This document shows, one piece after another, positions 24,999-33,725 of a stretch of DNA of 51,344 nt. Position 1 is the first letter of the stretch; each line of letters begins with the position of its first letter. The position numbers and the translations under genes were made by a program. The notes beneath the pieces are model-generated. The model was not told the DNA's origin. It saw nothing but the letters and a program-made list of their open reading frames with translations, and ran no database searches. This stretch comes from a bacterium (lineage in GTDB: Bacteria > Patescibacteriota > Minisyncoccia > UBA10092): NCBI GenBank assembly GCA_021790275.1, contig JAJYIB010000001.1:1-51344 (forward strand), given 5' to 3'.

Positions 24999-25523
24999 CT
25001 ACGACCTTTTATTTTTAATATTGTTCAGCACGTTGATGAGATTGCGGGTATTGCCTTGCAAAACATTCATAAAACCGGAAATCGGAGCGGCAATAGCGCC
25101 GGCCAACTGTCCCAAAAGAACTTCGCGCGGTGGCAGTTTCGCCAAAGCGACGATTCTTTCTTTACCCTGCCAGTTCAATCCCAAAAATCCGCCAATGATT
25201 TTAAGCGCTTCATTGGCTTTGGAAAATTTGAACGCCGAACTGGCCGCCGCGGCCGGATCGGCATAGCCGAAAATCACTCCGACCTGACTTTTGAATTGAT
25301 CCAAATCGGCATTTTCGAAATGTTCCGCCTTCAAAGCGCGGTCAATCAAAGTTTTTTTGGCGACTTTGTATTCGGCATCGACCGTTTTCAACCCTCGCCT
25401 CAATTCCATGCTTTTACCGACCGACAGTTTGTTAAAATCAACCAAAATAGCCGTTTTTGCCCGATGAAATTTCTCGACCAAATCTTTCAAAATATTTTGT
25501 TTTTGTTCTTTATTGAGAGGCAT
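24999..25523 (-). CDS. rplJ: 50S ribosomal protein L10
   Basis: Immediately upstream of rplL with L10-like sequence. Confidence 0.88.
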   Translation of the reverse strand: MPLNKEQKQNILKDLVEKFHRAKTAILVDFNKLSVGKSMELRRGLKTVDAEYKVAKKTLIDRALKAEHFENADLDQFKSQVGVIFGYADPAAAASSAFKFSKANEALKIIGGFLGLNWQGKERIVALAKLPPREVLLGQLAGAIAAPISGFMNVLQGNTRNLINVLNNIKNKRS

Positions 25524-25551
25524 ATTTTTAAAATATTATTCAAAGTATTAT

Positions 25552-25658
25552 CAAGAGGGCAAAATGAAATTTTAAAATTCTAGGCGGGGGCGAGCCATTC
25601 CGAGCCGGGGGGCGAGGAATGGGGCTAAGGAATTTTGAAATTTTATTTTGCCCTCTTG
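25552..25658. repeat. 107-nt long hairpin / inverted repeat upstream of rplJ
   Basis: 29-nt arms (25552-25580 and 25630-25658) with 2 transitions enclose a GC-rich nested stem GCCATTCC/GGAATGG. Confidence 0.6.
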
Positions 25659-25662
25659 TTGT

Positions 25663-25687
25663 AATAAAAAAACGGACTTTCGTCCGC
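25663..25687 (-). terminator. rho-independent terminator downstream of trmD
   Basis: Minus strand GCGGAC-GAAA-GUCCGU followed by U7. Confidence 0.6.
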
Positions 25688-25786
25688 AACAATAAAAGAA
25701 AATCTTTTATCCTCGGAGAGTCTTATATCTTGCGAAAGCTCTCTGTCTGCGGACTATACCCAATATATGCCATAAAAAAAATCCTG

Positions 25787-26491
25787 TCAACTTTTCGGAC
25801 GCAAACGATATTTCTCGCGCCATTCGGCGATTTTTTTGTGATTGCCGGAAAGCAGAACTTCGGGAACGGCGTATTTTTTGTTTTTATATTTGATAATTTC
25901 CGGACGGGTATAATGGGGATATTCCAATCCTTTGCCTTCCGGAATTCGTTTTTCTTTTTTCAGCAAAAGATTCCAATGCGATTCTTCTTCCAAAGATTCC
26001 AACCTTATAACTCCGGGAATCAGCCGGCTCACCGCCGAAATCACGACCATCGACGCCACGTCGCCGTCGGTAAGCACATACGGTCCGATGGAAATTTCAT
26101 CGGCTTTCAGTATATTTTTCACCCGCTCGTCGATACCTTCGTATCGGCCGGCGATTAAAATAATCCTGTCATATTTTTTTGCCCAATCGTAAGCGATTTT
26201 TTGATTGAACGGTTTGCCTTTGGCAGAAAAAACCGCGATTTTCGTTTTTTTGTTTTTTTCGGATTTTTTCAAACTGTCCGCCGCCTTAACAAGAGGTTCC
26301 GCCATCAACACCATTCCCGCTCCCCCGCCATAGGGTTTGCCGTCGACGGTGCGATGTTTGTCGGGCGTAAAATCGCGCAAATTGGTTATTTTTATTTTTA
26401 TTTTTTTGCTTTTTATCGCGCGTTTAAGAATGCTGTCGGAGAAATAAGAATCGAAAATTTTCGGAAAAATCGTTATTATGTCGAATCGCAT
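25787..26491 (-). CDS. trmD: tRNA (guanine37-N1)-methyltransferase
   Basis: MRFDIITIFPKIFDSYF N-terminus. The start was moved to the internal ATG. Confidence 0.9.
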   Translation of the reverse strand: MRFDIITIFPKIFDSYFSDSILKRAIKSKKIKIKITNLRDFTPDKHRTVDGKPYGGGAGMVLMAEPLVKAADSLKKSEKNKKTKIAVFSAKGKPFNQKIAYDWAKKYDRIILIAGRYEGIDERVKNILKADEISIGPYVLTDGDVASMVVISAVSRLIPGVIRLESLEEESHWNLLLKKEKRIPEGKGLEYPHYTRPEIIKYKNKKYAVPEVLLSGNHKKIAEWREKYRLRPKS

Positions 26492-26511
26492 ATTTTGAAT
26501 ATGATAACACG

Positions 26512-26546
26512 AATCGCCCCGTTCCGCAACGCGGAACGGGGCGATT
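26512..26546. other. perfect 16-bp hairpin in the KH-trmD intergenic region
   Basis: AATCGCCCCGTTCCGC-AAC-GCGGAACGGGGCGATT. The T-run follows only on the plus strand, antisense to the operon. Confidence 0.6.
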
Positions 26547-26559
26547 GTTTTTATAACGA

Positions 26560-26883
26560 TCAAAGCTGTTTTAAATCCTCAACAACTTGATCCATATCCC
26601 GCGGTTTTTCTCGCATCGGACGAGTCGAACCTTCCGGTTCTTCTATCTTCAAATTGACGCGCGCGTTGTGGCGGGCGCCGATTATCCGAAGCAGAGTGCG
26701 AATCGCTTTCGCTGTCGAACCCTGCCGGCCGATAAGCATTCCCATATCCTCTTTATTGACTTTAAGATCCAAGAGAACACCCATCTCGTCCACCTTGCGG
26801 TCGATTTTGACATCGTCTGGATGATCGACAATCGATTTTACAAGGTATTCAAGAAATTCCTGATCAACTGGTGTGTTGGCCAT
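26560..26883 (-). CDS. KH-domain RNA-binding protein (YlqC-like)
   Basis: LVKSIVDHPDDVKI and GRQGSTAKAIRTLL KH motifs, located upstream of trmD. Confidence 0.8.
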   Translation of the reverse strand: MANTPVDQEFLEYLVKSIVDHPDDVKIDRKVDEMGVLLDLKVNKEDMGMLIGRQGSTAKAIRTLLRIIGARHNARVNLKIEEPEGSTRPMREKPRDMDQVVEDLKQL

Positions 26884-27053
26884 TTCTTTGAATTGTTTTT
26901 AAATGACGGCAGCTCGACCGATTCCCCTTGCGGAGCAAACTGCCGAATTTGAACGCATTGTATCAAAAACCGCCGCGCCGGTCAACATCCATACCGGACG
27001 GAGAATGGAAACTTTTTTGCTTAAAACCTTGTTTTAAGATAAAATTCGACGTA

Positions 27054-27749
27054 ATGACAAAAACAGAAAACGAGCCGCAAGTCCGGCATCTGGGAATTAT
27101 AATGGACGGCAATAGGCGCTGGGCGCGCTCGCAAGGACTTTCACCTTCTCAAGGCCATCGAGCGGGATACGGAAAAGTGAAGGAAGTTTTGAAATGGTGC
27201 GATGAGAATGGCATAAAAATCGTCACACTTTACGCTTTCTCGACGGAAAATTGGAATCGGCCAAAAAATGAAGTCGATTTTTTAATGGCGCTTTTCAACC
27301 GGCTTTTGACAAAAGACATAAAAGAAATCCACAAAAACGGCGTCCGATTAAGAATCATCGGCCGCAAAGAGAGTTTACCGAAAAAAATTCAGGAAGCCGC
27401 AAAAAAAGCGGAAAAATTAACCGCCGAAAACACCGAAGGCGTTTTGAATTTGGCGATAAATTACGGCGGCCGTCAGGAAATTGTCGACGCTTTCAATAAA
27501 ATAATGAAAAACCCGCCGGAAAAAATCACCGAAGAAACGATTTCCGGCAACACATACACCGCCGATCTTCCCGATCCGGATTTGATAATCCGCACATCCG
27601 GCGAAATGCGGCTTTCGGGATTTTTAACCTGGCAGAGCGTTTATTCCGAATTATATTTCGTCAAACATCATTGGCCGGAATTTTCCAAAAACGATTTCGC
27701 CGCCATCCTCGCGGGATTTTCCGCCCGCCAAAGACGGTTCGGTAAATAA
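27054..27749 (+). CDS. uppS: undecaprenyl diphosphate synthase (isoprenyl transferase)
   Basis: HLGIIMDGNRRWA and RTSGEMRLSGFLTWQ motifs. The start was moved to the ATG at 27054. Confidence 0.9.
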   Translation: MTKTENEPQVRHLGIIMDGNRRWARSQGLSPSQGHRAGYGKVKEVLKWCDENGIKIVTLYAFSTENWNRPKNEVDFLMALFNRLLTKDIKEIHKNGVRLRIIGRKESLPKKIQEAAKKAEKLTAENTEGVLNLAINYGGRQEIVDAFNKIMKNPPEKITEETISGNTYTADLPDPDLIIRTSGEMRLSGFLTWQSVYSELYFVKHHWPEFSKNDFAAILAGFSARQRRFGK

Positions 27750-27752
27750 TTG

Positions 27753-27823
27753 CACGGGTGGAGGGAATCGGACCCCCGCCGACGGTTTTGGAGACCGTAG
27801 TACTACCACTATACTACACCCGC
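27753..27823 (-). tRNA. tRNA-Trp (anticodon CCA)
   Basis: Cloverleaf with anticodon loop CUCCAAA and an unusual T-loop, UCCGAUU. Confidence 0.85.
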
Positions 27824-27830
27824 CCGAAAA

Positions 27831-27992
27831 TTATTTTTTCGTTTCTTTGTGAACTTTGTATGCGCGGCACCATTTGCAGAATTTTTTGAATTCCAGTTTT
27901 CTTTCGACGGCTTTCTTGTTTTTCTGTTTATGGTAATTTATCCGCTTGCAAGCCGAACATTGTAATTTTATCGCTTTTTCTTGAGCTTTCAT
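27831..27992 (-). CDS. rpmG: 50S ribosomal protein L33
   Basis: MKAQEKAIKLQCSACKRINYHKQKNKK..KFCKWCRAYKVHKETK. The ORF-track N-terminal extension runs through a tRNA and was trimmed. Confidence 0.88.
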   Translation of the reverse strand: MKAQEKAIKLQCSACKRINYHKQKNKKAVERKLEFKKFCKWCRAYKVHKETKK

Positions 27993-28033
27993 ATTTTTTA
28001 AATTTAAATTATTTTTCGCCGCGCCGATGCCAG

Positions 28034-28105
28034 AGCCAGCAGAGGGATTTGAACCCCCGACCTTCGCTTTACAAAAGCGTTGCTCTGCCGCTGAGCTATG
28101 CTGGC
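28034..28105 (-). tRNA. tRNA-Thr (anticodon UGU)
   Basis: GCCAGCA acceptor, anticodon loop UUUGUAA, T-loop UUCAAAU. Confidence 0.88.
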
Positions 28106-28178
28106 GAGCCAACTTGCTAATAAAAGCATAAAAACCGTTAAAAAACAAGGCCAGCTTTAAAAGCTGGCCAAAAAATTA

Positions 28179-28358
28179 TTAATCATTGTTAATGAACTCT
28201 GAAACAAATGTTTCCGCCTCCTTTTTGTGAAGAGAACAGTGGGGAAGACGGATTTCAAATTTTCCGTCTTTTTCAATAGCGACGAATTCGGAATGTTGCA
28301 AGCAAAAATAACAATTCCTTGCGGCAACGTGATCTTTTTCAAATCTGATTTTGCTCAT
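28179..28358 (-). CDS. small CxxC...HC protein (59 aa), hypothetical
   Basis: Strong SD (AAAGGAGA) before the ATG at 28358. NCYFCLQH..LPHCSLH suggests a zinc ribbon. The C-terminal tail is acidic (EFINND). Confidence 0.5.
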   Translation of the reverse strand: MSKIRFEKDHVAARNCYFCLQHSEFVAIEKDGKFEIRLPHCSLHKKEAETFVSEFINND

Positions 28359-28372
28359 ATGCTTCTCCTTTC

Positions 28373-28624
28373 TTAAAGAAAATAAGAGCCGGAATTCGTT
28401 AATACAAAATCGGCGATTTCCTGCTGCAACGCGGCCGACGCCGTAAAAATGGTTATTTCCCAAACGGGCCTTTTCAGCCGCATTACGTCGTCGGCCGTTC
28501 CATAGGGGCCGATTTTACTTATTCGCATCGTCTCGATATTTTTTTTCTCCATCGACGTCAATTTGTTTTTCAAAAAACTATCGGCGATGACTTTAAGCGA
28601 ATACTGCATTTTGCTTTTTGCCAT
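28373..28624 (-). CDS. hypothetical protein (83 aa)
   Basis: Strong SD (AAAGGAGGA) 6 nt before the ATG at 28624. Middle gene of the 3-gene operon. Confidence 0.5.
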   Translation of the reverse strand: MAKSKMQYSLKVIADSFLKNKLTSMEKKNIETMRISKIGPYGTADDVMRLKRPVWEITIFTASAALQQEIADFVLTNSGSYFL

Positions 28625-28645
28625 TGCACTTCCTCCTTTCAAAAA

Positions 28646-29110
28646 TCAAAATCCGATTACGCAGATTTTTTGATAAGGCGAGAAAAACGATTTTTTACTT
28701 TCAACCTTGTCTTTGGCTGTAACGACATACAAAACGTCAAAACCATGATAAGCGACAAGAATAAGCTGATCGCCGTTTATATGGCAAGGAACAGTGCCGA
28801 TTTCCATCACAGGTATCACAACCTTAACCCGAATGTCCAAAGCGGCAAAATGATGCTGAATTTCCACTTGATTCTTTTCCAGAATATCCCTTGCCAGCTG
28901 TCTTTCCGCCAAAGTTTCGGTTTCGCGACCCAAAAGACCAAACTTTTTAACGGGGAAACCGGCCGCTTCAAACGCTTGATTGATTTGAGTTCCGCCCCCG
29001 ACACATACCACCGTGAAATATTGCCGGCTCAATTCTTTAATCCAGCGCAACATATCATAGTTGTTGAGTATGTCGCCGGATATTTTAATAAAGCAATTTT
29101 TTCCGGACAT
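28646..29110 (-). CDS. minimal amino-acid-kinase (AAK) fold protein (~154 aa)
   Basis: FIKISGD, VVCVGGGTQINQ and INGDQLILVAYHGFDVLYVVT resemble AAK-family motifs, but the protein is roughly 100 aa shorter than typical members. Strong SD (AAAGGAGGA). Confidence 0.5.
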   Translation of the reverse strand: MSGKNCFIKISGDILNNYDMLRWIKELSRQYFTVVCVGGGTQINQAFEAAGFPVKKFGLLGRETETLAERQLARDILEKNQVEIQHHFAALDIRVKVVIPVMEIGTVPCHINGDQLILVAYHGFDVLYVVTAKDKVESKKSFFSPYQKICVIGF

Positions 29111-29430
29111 GAATTTCCTCCTTTCTCTTGAGGTCAACAACAATTGTTAATGAACAAATAACTTTCGGTTTACGGGATAAATTACAATAAAAAAAGAAAA
29201 AAGGCAATATTGTAAAAATTGTGCAATAGTCTTGAATGAGTCCGAACGCATTTCACCGCCTGCGGCGGTGAGAACTCGCCCCCACGAAAAATCCGAAAGG
29301 CGGCGGAGCCGCACCGCTGACAATTGCAAGTTTTTAAATAATTTAATCCATTGGCGGCAAATTCTTTGATGAAAATTCTAAAACCCCAATCTATAAAAAG
29401 AGAAGGGGGAATTTGTAATTTCTCACTGTG

Positions 29431-29514
29431 TGCGCAGGGAGGGATTCGAACCCCCGTAGCCACAAGGGCGCCTGATTTACAGTCAGGTGCAATTGACCGC
29501 TCTGCCACCTGCGC
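29431..29514 (-). tRNA. tRNA-Tyr (anticodon GUA), long variable arm
   Basis: Anticodon loop CUGUAAA with a 15-nt variable arm. 84 nt. Confidence 0.9.
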
Positions 29515-29533
29515 AAATTATGCGAGAACCGAG

Positions 29534-29606
29534 AGCCAACGCGCGGAATCGAACCGCGGACCTACTCCTTACCATGGAGTTGCTCTACCGACTGAGCTAC
29601 GTTGGC
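29534..29606 (-). tRNA. tRNA-Thr (anticodon GGU)
   Basis: GCCAACG acceptor, anticodon loop AUGGUAA, T-loop UUCGAUU. Confidence 0.9.
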
Positions 29607-29607
29607 G

Positions 29608-30171
29608 TTATTTCGTTATTTTTAATTTTACGGATTTTTTAACGGCGGATTTTTTAACTAGCCGGCCGGCCGGTTTTTTTGCTTCCGGATTCGGCGAAGC
29701 AACCGGCGCGGAAGCAAGATTGATTTTTATTTCCGCCGGCTGTTCGTTCGGCAACGCCATCGGCGGATTTCCCGGCAACCGACCGTTATTTTCCAAAAGC
29801 GGCCGCTCTTCGGAATCATTCCCGCTTTTATCGGCCAAATCTTTCCAAAAATCGTCGCCGCTTTTTTCTTGTCCCGCGCCATTCGCCGCCTTTTCTTTTT
29901 CGGATATTTTACCGATAAGACGCATCAGATGATTGTCGGTTTTCAAAAGGAAAATTCTTGTCCGGTGAAGCATTTTTTGGCTCACAAAAAGCGACTGCGC
30001 CTTGACGGAGTCGAGCGGCAGGCGTTTGATAAGACCGGCCAATTTTTTTTTGACGCCTAAGCCGCCGGCGTTATCGTCGTCATTTTCAAATTCGGAAATA
30101 TGATTCGACGTCGTGTAAAGCGCGCCGGCGATACCTATAATCAAAAGTGAAATTGGAAATATGTCGAACAT
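29608..30171 (-). CDS. membrane-anchored hypothetical protein
   Basis: N-terminal TM helix followed by a low-complexity charged/Pro-rich region. Confidence 0.4.
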   Translation of the reverse strand: MFDIFPISLLIIGIAGALYTTSNHISEFENDDDNAGGLGVKKKLAGLIKRLPLDSVKAQSLFVSQKMLHRTRIFLLKTDNHLMRLIGKISEKEKAANGAGQEKSGDDFWKDLADKSGNDSEERPLLENNGRLPGNPPMALPNEQPAEIKINLASAPVASPNPEAKKPAGRLVKKSAVKKSVKLKITK

Positions 30172-30176
30172 AATTT

Positions 30177-30626
30177 TCAGATTTCAAAACGGCAAAAATC
30201 GCCGATTTTGATATTTTCGCCGAGTTTCGAAATATAATCTTTGACTAGCGCGTCGACGGTCGTATCCTGATCGCGGACGTACGGCTGGGCCAAAAGATCT
30301 TCTATATCGATCGGCGACATCGCGGCGACGTGCATCGCAAGTTCGTGACCAAGTTTTTGAAATTGTTCGTTACGCGCCACGAAATCCGTTTCGCACAAAA
30401 GCTTCACCAGCACGCCGAGCTTGCCGTTGGCGTGGATGTAGCTGGCAATTATGCCTTCGGCGGTTTCGCGGCCGGCTTTTTTGGCCGCGACTTTCGCTCC
30501 CCTTTCCTGGAGCAGTTTCAGCGCTTTATCGATTTCGCCGCCGGCTTCTTCGAGCGCTTTGCGGACGGCATCGACGGAAACTCCGGTCATCGCGCGAATT
30601 TTTTTAAGATCTTCGATTTTTACCAT
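30177..30626 (-). CDS. tsf: elongation factor Ts (short form)
   Basis: UBA-like N-terminus (IRAMTGVSVDAVRKALEEAGGEIDKA) and LLCETDFVARN. Only 149 aa. Confidence 0.88.
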   Translation of the reverse strand: MVKIEDLKKIRAMTGVSVDAVRKALEEAGGEIDKALKLLQERGAKVAAKKAGRETAEGIIASYIHANGKLGVLVKLLCETDFVARNEQFQKLGHELAMHVAAMSPIDIEDLLAQPYVRDQDTTVDALVKDYISKLGENIKIGDFCRFEI

Positions 30627-30644
30627 TTGCGATTTTTAATGATA

Positions 30645-31400
30645 TTAATTGTTTTGCCGCGTTTTTTCGCTTGTTTCCGGTTGTAAAGCCGAAGCCGGCG
30701 TTTCGGCTTTGACGTTTATCAGGGCATTTTTAACGAGATTTAAAATATATTCCACGGCATCGATAGAATTATCGGCGGCCGGAACCGGATACTCGAAATG
30801 CGACGGGTCGGAATTGGTGTTGACGATGCCGGCGATCGGCACCTTCTTTTTCGCCGCTTCTTCAACGGCAATTTTATCATAATTCGCCGAACCGATCCAA
30901 ACGGCATCCGGCAAACGATTCAAATCGGCCAGTCCGCCCAGCTCTTTTTCCAATTTTTCCATTTTTTCTTCGAGCTTAAGCGATTCGTACTTGGTGTATT
31001 TTTCAAATTCTCCCGATGCTTTCTGCGATTTGAGATTTTTTAGATACTCGATGCGGCGATGTATGGTGGAAAAATTCGTGAAAGTGCCTCCGAGCCAGCG
31101 TTCGACCACATAAGGCATTCCAAGCGCATCGGCCGTTTTCCGCGTGATATCTTTGGCGGCAAAACCGGTGCCGACGAATAAAATAACGCCGCCCTTCTTT
31201 TTTATTCCGATCAGAAAATCAAGCGCACGTTCGAGATATTCTTTCGATTTTTCCAAATCTATAATCTGAAAAATGTTTTTGTTCGACCAGATAAACGGCT
31301 TCATTTTCGGATTGCCGTGCGCTTTAAGAGCGCCGAAATGCACTCCGTGGGACGCGAGCGATTCCAAATCCGGCGCCGAAATTTTGCTTTTCGTTTCCAT
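30645..31400 (-). CDS. rpsB: 30S ribosomal protein S2
   Basis: LASHGVHFGALKAHGNPKM.. S2 signature. The start was moved to the ATG at 31400 because the 125-aa R/F-rich extension in the track overlaps rpmE. Confidence 0.9.
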   Translation of the reverse strand: METKSKISAPDLESLASHGVHFGALKAHGNPKMKPFIWSNKNIFQIIDLEKSKEYLERALDFLIGIKKKGGVILFVGTGFAAKDITRKTADALGMPYVVERWLGGTFTNFSTIHRRIEYLKNLKSQKASGEFEKYTKYESLKLEEKMEKLEKELGGLADLNRLPDAVWIGSANYDKIAVEEAAKKKVPIAGIVNTNSDPSHFEYPVPAADNSIDAVEYILNLVKNALINVKAETPASALQPETSEKTRQNN

Positions 31401-31469
31401 AATTTTACGATGATAGCAGAATAAATCGTAATTGACAAGAACTCGCCGGCGATGATAGAATTTCATTCT

Positions 31470-31697
31470 ATGAAAAAAGAAATCCATCCCAAATATTATC
31501 CCGACGCCAAAGTTAAATGTTCCTGCGGCAATTCTTTCACCGTCGGTTCGACCGAACCGGAAATCAACGTTGAAATCTGCTCGAAGTGCCACCCGTTTTA
31601 CACCGGCAAAGAAAAAGTTATCGATACGGCCGGCCGCGTCGAGCGCTTTAAGAAACGCGCCGAAAAAAGCGTCGCCAAAAAGAAAATCAAAAAATAA
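31470..31697 (+). CDS. rpmE: 50S ribosomal protein L31
   Basis: [10 protein letters not shown]...[11 protein letters not shown]. Confidence 0.9.
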   Translation: MKKEIHPKYYPDAKVKCSCGNSFTVGSTEPEINVEICSKCHPFYTGKEKVIDTAGRVERFKKRAEKSVAKKKIKK

Positions 31698-31702
31698 TCG
31701 CA

Positions 31703-32437
31703 GTGGAAAAAACGCAAAAAATAATAATCGAAATGAGAGCCGGCGTCGGCGGTGACGAAGCCGGCCTTTTCGCATCGGAGCTTTGGCGGATGTACAAACG
31801 TTTCGCCGAAAGACACGGCTTTAAAACGGAGATCGATGATTTATCGCAATCAAGCGCCGGCGGAATCAAAACCCTCGTGGCACAAGTCGAAGGAGACGGC
31901 GTTTACGATTTTTTCAAATATGAATCCGGGGTGCACCGCGTCCAAAGAATTCCGAAAACAGAAAAAAGCGGCCGCGTCCACACCTCGACGGTTTCGGTGG
32001 CGATTTTAAAAGAAGTCCCCGAAAAAGAAATCGCGATAAATGTCGGCGATTTGAAAATAGACACGTTTCGCTCTTCCGGCGCCGGCGGCCAAAACGTCAA
32101 CAAAGTCGAAACGGCGGTAAGAATAACCCATTTGCCCACCGGCATCGTCGTATCCTGCCAGACGCAAAGATCACAGCAAAAGAATCGCGAAAGAGCGATG
32201 ACGATTTTAAGAGCCAAACTTGCCGAAATCGAAAAAGAAAAAACGATGGGACGGATAAGCGAGGAAAGAAAATCGCAAATCGGCTCGGCGGAAAGAGTCG
32301 AAAAAATAAGAACTTATAATTTTCCGCAAGATCGGATTACCGACCATCGCATCGGCAAATCCTGGCATCATCTCGAAAAAATTCTGGACGGCGATCTGGA
32401 TCCGATTATCGGCGCTCTGCAAAAAGCAAAACTTTAA
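31703..32437 (+). CDS. prfA: peptide chain release factor, RF1-like, lacking N-terminal domain 1
   Basis: PKT tripeptide at the PxT position ([14 protein letters not shown]) and GGQ ([10 protein letters not shown]). Only 244 aa, with a GTG start. Confidence 0.75.
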   Translation: MEKTQKIIIEMRAGVGGDEAGLFASELWRMYKRFAERHGFKTEIDDLSQSSAGGIKTLVAQVEGDGVYDFFKYESGVHRVQRIPKTEKSGRVHTSTVSVAILKEVPEKEIAINVGDLKIDTFRSSGAGGQNVNKVETAVRITHLPTGIVVSCQTQRSQQKNRERAMTILRAKLAEIEKEKTMGRISEERKSQIGSAERVEKIRTYNFPQDRITDHRIGKSWHHLEKILDGDLDPIIGALQKAKL

Positions 32438-32439
32438 AA

Positions 32440-33708
32440 CTACTTCCCCGCCAAAGTATTGATGTCTTTTTGGATGCCGGCGGCGGCGGCCATCACATTG
32501 TTGGCATAAATTCTCGCGGCCAAAGATCTGTTCCATCTCGCGCCGGCGATATACATTTCGGCGGCTTTATACTCGGCCGAATAGGTTTGCCGAGTCGCGC
32601 CGGATTGCGCAAGCATTAGGCCGCAGGCCGTAAACGCGTCGCGGACATTCCACGGCGACGCCGGCCGCCGGCCCGTAAGATTGGCCACCGCGTCGGCGTA
32701 TAAAAGCCAGGTTGTCGGCAAAAATTGCGCCGGTCCCATCGCGCCGCCCCAGCCGTAATAAGGTTTTCTCGAAACCGGCGTCGAATCGGGATTAAGACCG
32801 AGCGCGCTTGTGATTTGCTGGAATGCATCAAAGTCGCGCGGCGCCATATCCGTCCGCCAGTTGCCGGTACCGACATTGCCTCCCCAATCGGATTCTATTT
32901 TTAAAATCGCCATAAGAAATGCCGCGCGAACACCGGTAAATTGCGCCGCCGGCAAAGCGTTTTTCAACGCTTCCTCGAAAGTCATTTTAAATCCCATCGC
33001 CAGATCGTAGGGCTGGTTTCTTATCTTATTCAAATCTTCTTTCGCCTTGCCCAATAACGCCTGGTATGCTTGTTCCTGCCCTCTCGTTTCTTCAAGAAGC
33101 TTTTGTTTTTGCCTTTTTGAACTTTGAAGATCGTATTTCTGGCGGCTTTGAATATTTTTAAGCTGAAGCTGTTCGGCGCGGCTGTCTTCCAAATCGTTTT
33201 TTTCCTGAACCAGTTTCGCTTTCAAATCTTTTATTTCCGACAAGACATCCTGAATTTGTTTTTGAACATCGCTGGCCGCATTCAAATCGTTGAAAAAATC
33301 GGAAAATTTGTCGTTTTTCAAAAGAAATTCCAAAAGAGAACCAGAATCGTTTTCGGCCAATTTTCTTAAATTCTGCGACAAAATCCCGTCCTGATCTTCG
33401 ATCTTTTTTTCCTGCGCGGCGATATCGCTTTCTTTCGCATTGATTTCCGAAGTCAGCTGATTGATGGAAAGATTCGTTGCATCGATTTCCGCCTGGATTT
33501 GTTTTATCTGCAAATCAAAAATGGCGATCTGATTGTTCAGGCTCTGCGCCTCGCTTTCTTTGCCCTGTATTTCCTGCGAATATTGATCGATGGCGGCTTC
33601 GAGCTGATGGATTTTGTCGGCGCGCGCATCGGCCAAAGCCGGTTTCAAAGCGACGGCCGAAAAAATCGCGAAGCAAATCAAAAAAAGCAGCCGGCTCGAT
33701 TTTTTCAT
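32440..33708 (-). CDS. secreted coiled-coil protein with a C-terminal lytic transglycosylase-like domain
   Basis: Signal peptide, a long Q/E/K coiled coil, and an MltB/SLT-like GAMGPAQFLPTTW motif. Confidence 0.6.
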   Translation of the reverse strand: MKKSSRLLFLICFAIFSAVALKPALADARADKIHQLEAAIDQYSQEIQGKESEAQSLNNQIAIFDLQIKQIQAEIDATNLSINQLTSEINAKESDIAAQEKKIEDQDGILSQNLRKLAENDSGSLLEFLLKNDKFSDFFNDLNAASDVQKQIQDVLSEIKDLKAKLVQEKNDLEDSRAEQLQLKNIQSRQKYDLQSSKRQKQKLLEETRGQEQAYQALLGKAKEDLNKIRNQPYDLAMGFKMTFEEALKNALPAAQFTGVRAAFLMAILKIESDWGGNVGTGNWRTDMAPRDFDAFQQITSALGLNPDSTPVSRKPYYGWGGAMGPAQFLPTTWLLYADAVANLTGRRPASPWNVRDAFTACGLMLAQSGATRQTYSAEYKAAEMYIAGARWNRSLAARIYANNVMAAAAGIQKDINTLAGK

Positions 33709-33725
33709 TAAAAACGAATTTAATT

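Noticed and set aside
31401-31775. 125-aa R/F-rich N-terminal extension of the S2 ORF.
   Set aside because: It is low-complexity and overlaps rpmE and the RF1 gene start on the opposite strand. S2 homology begins at the ATG at 31400.
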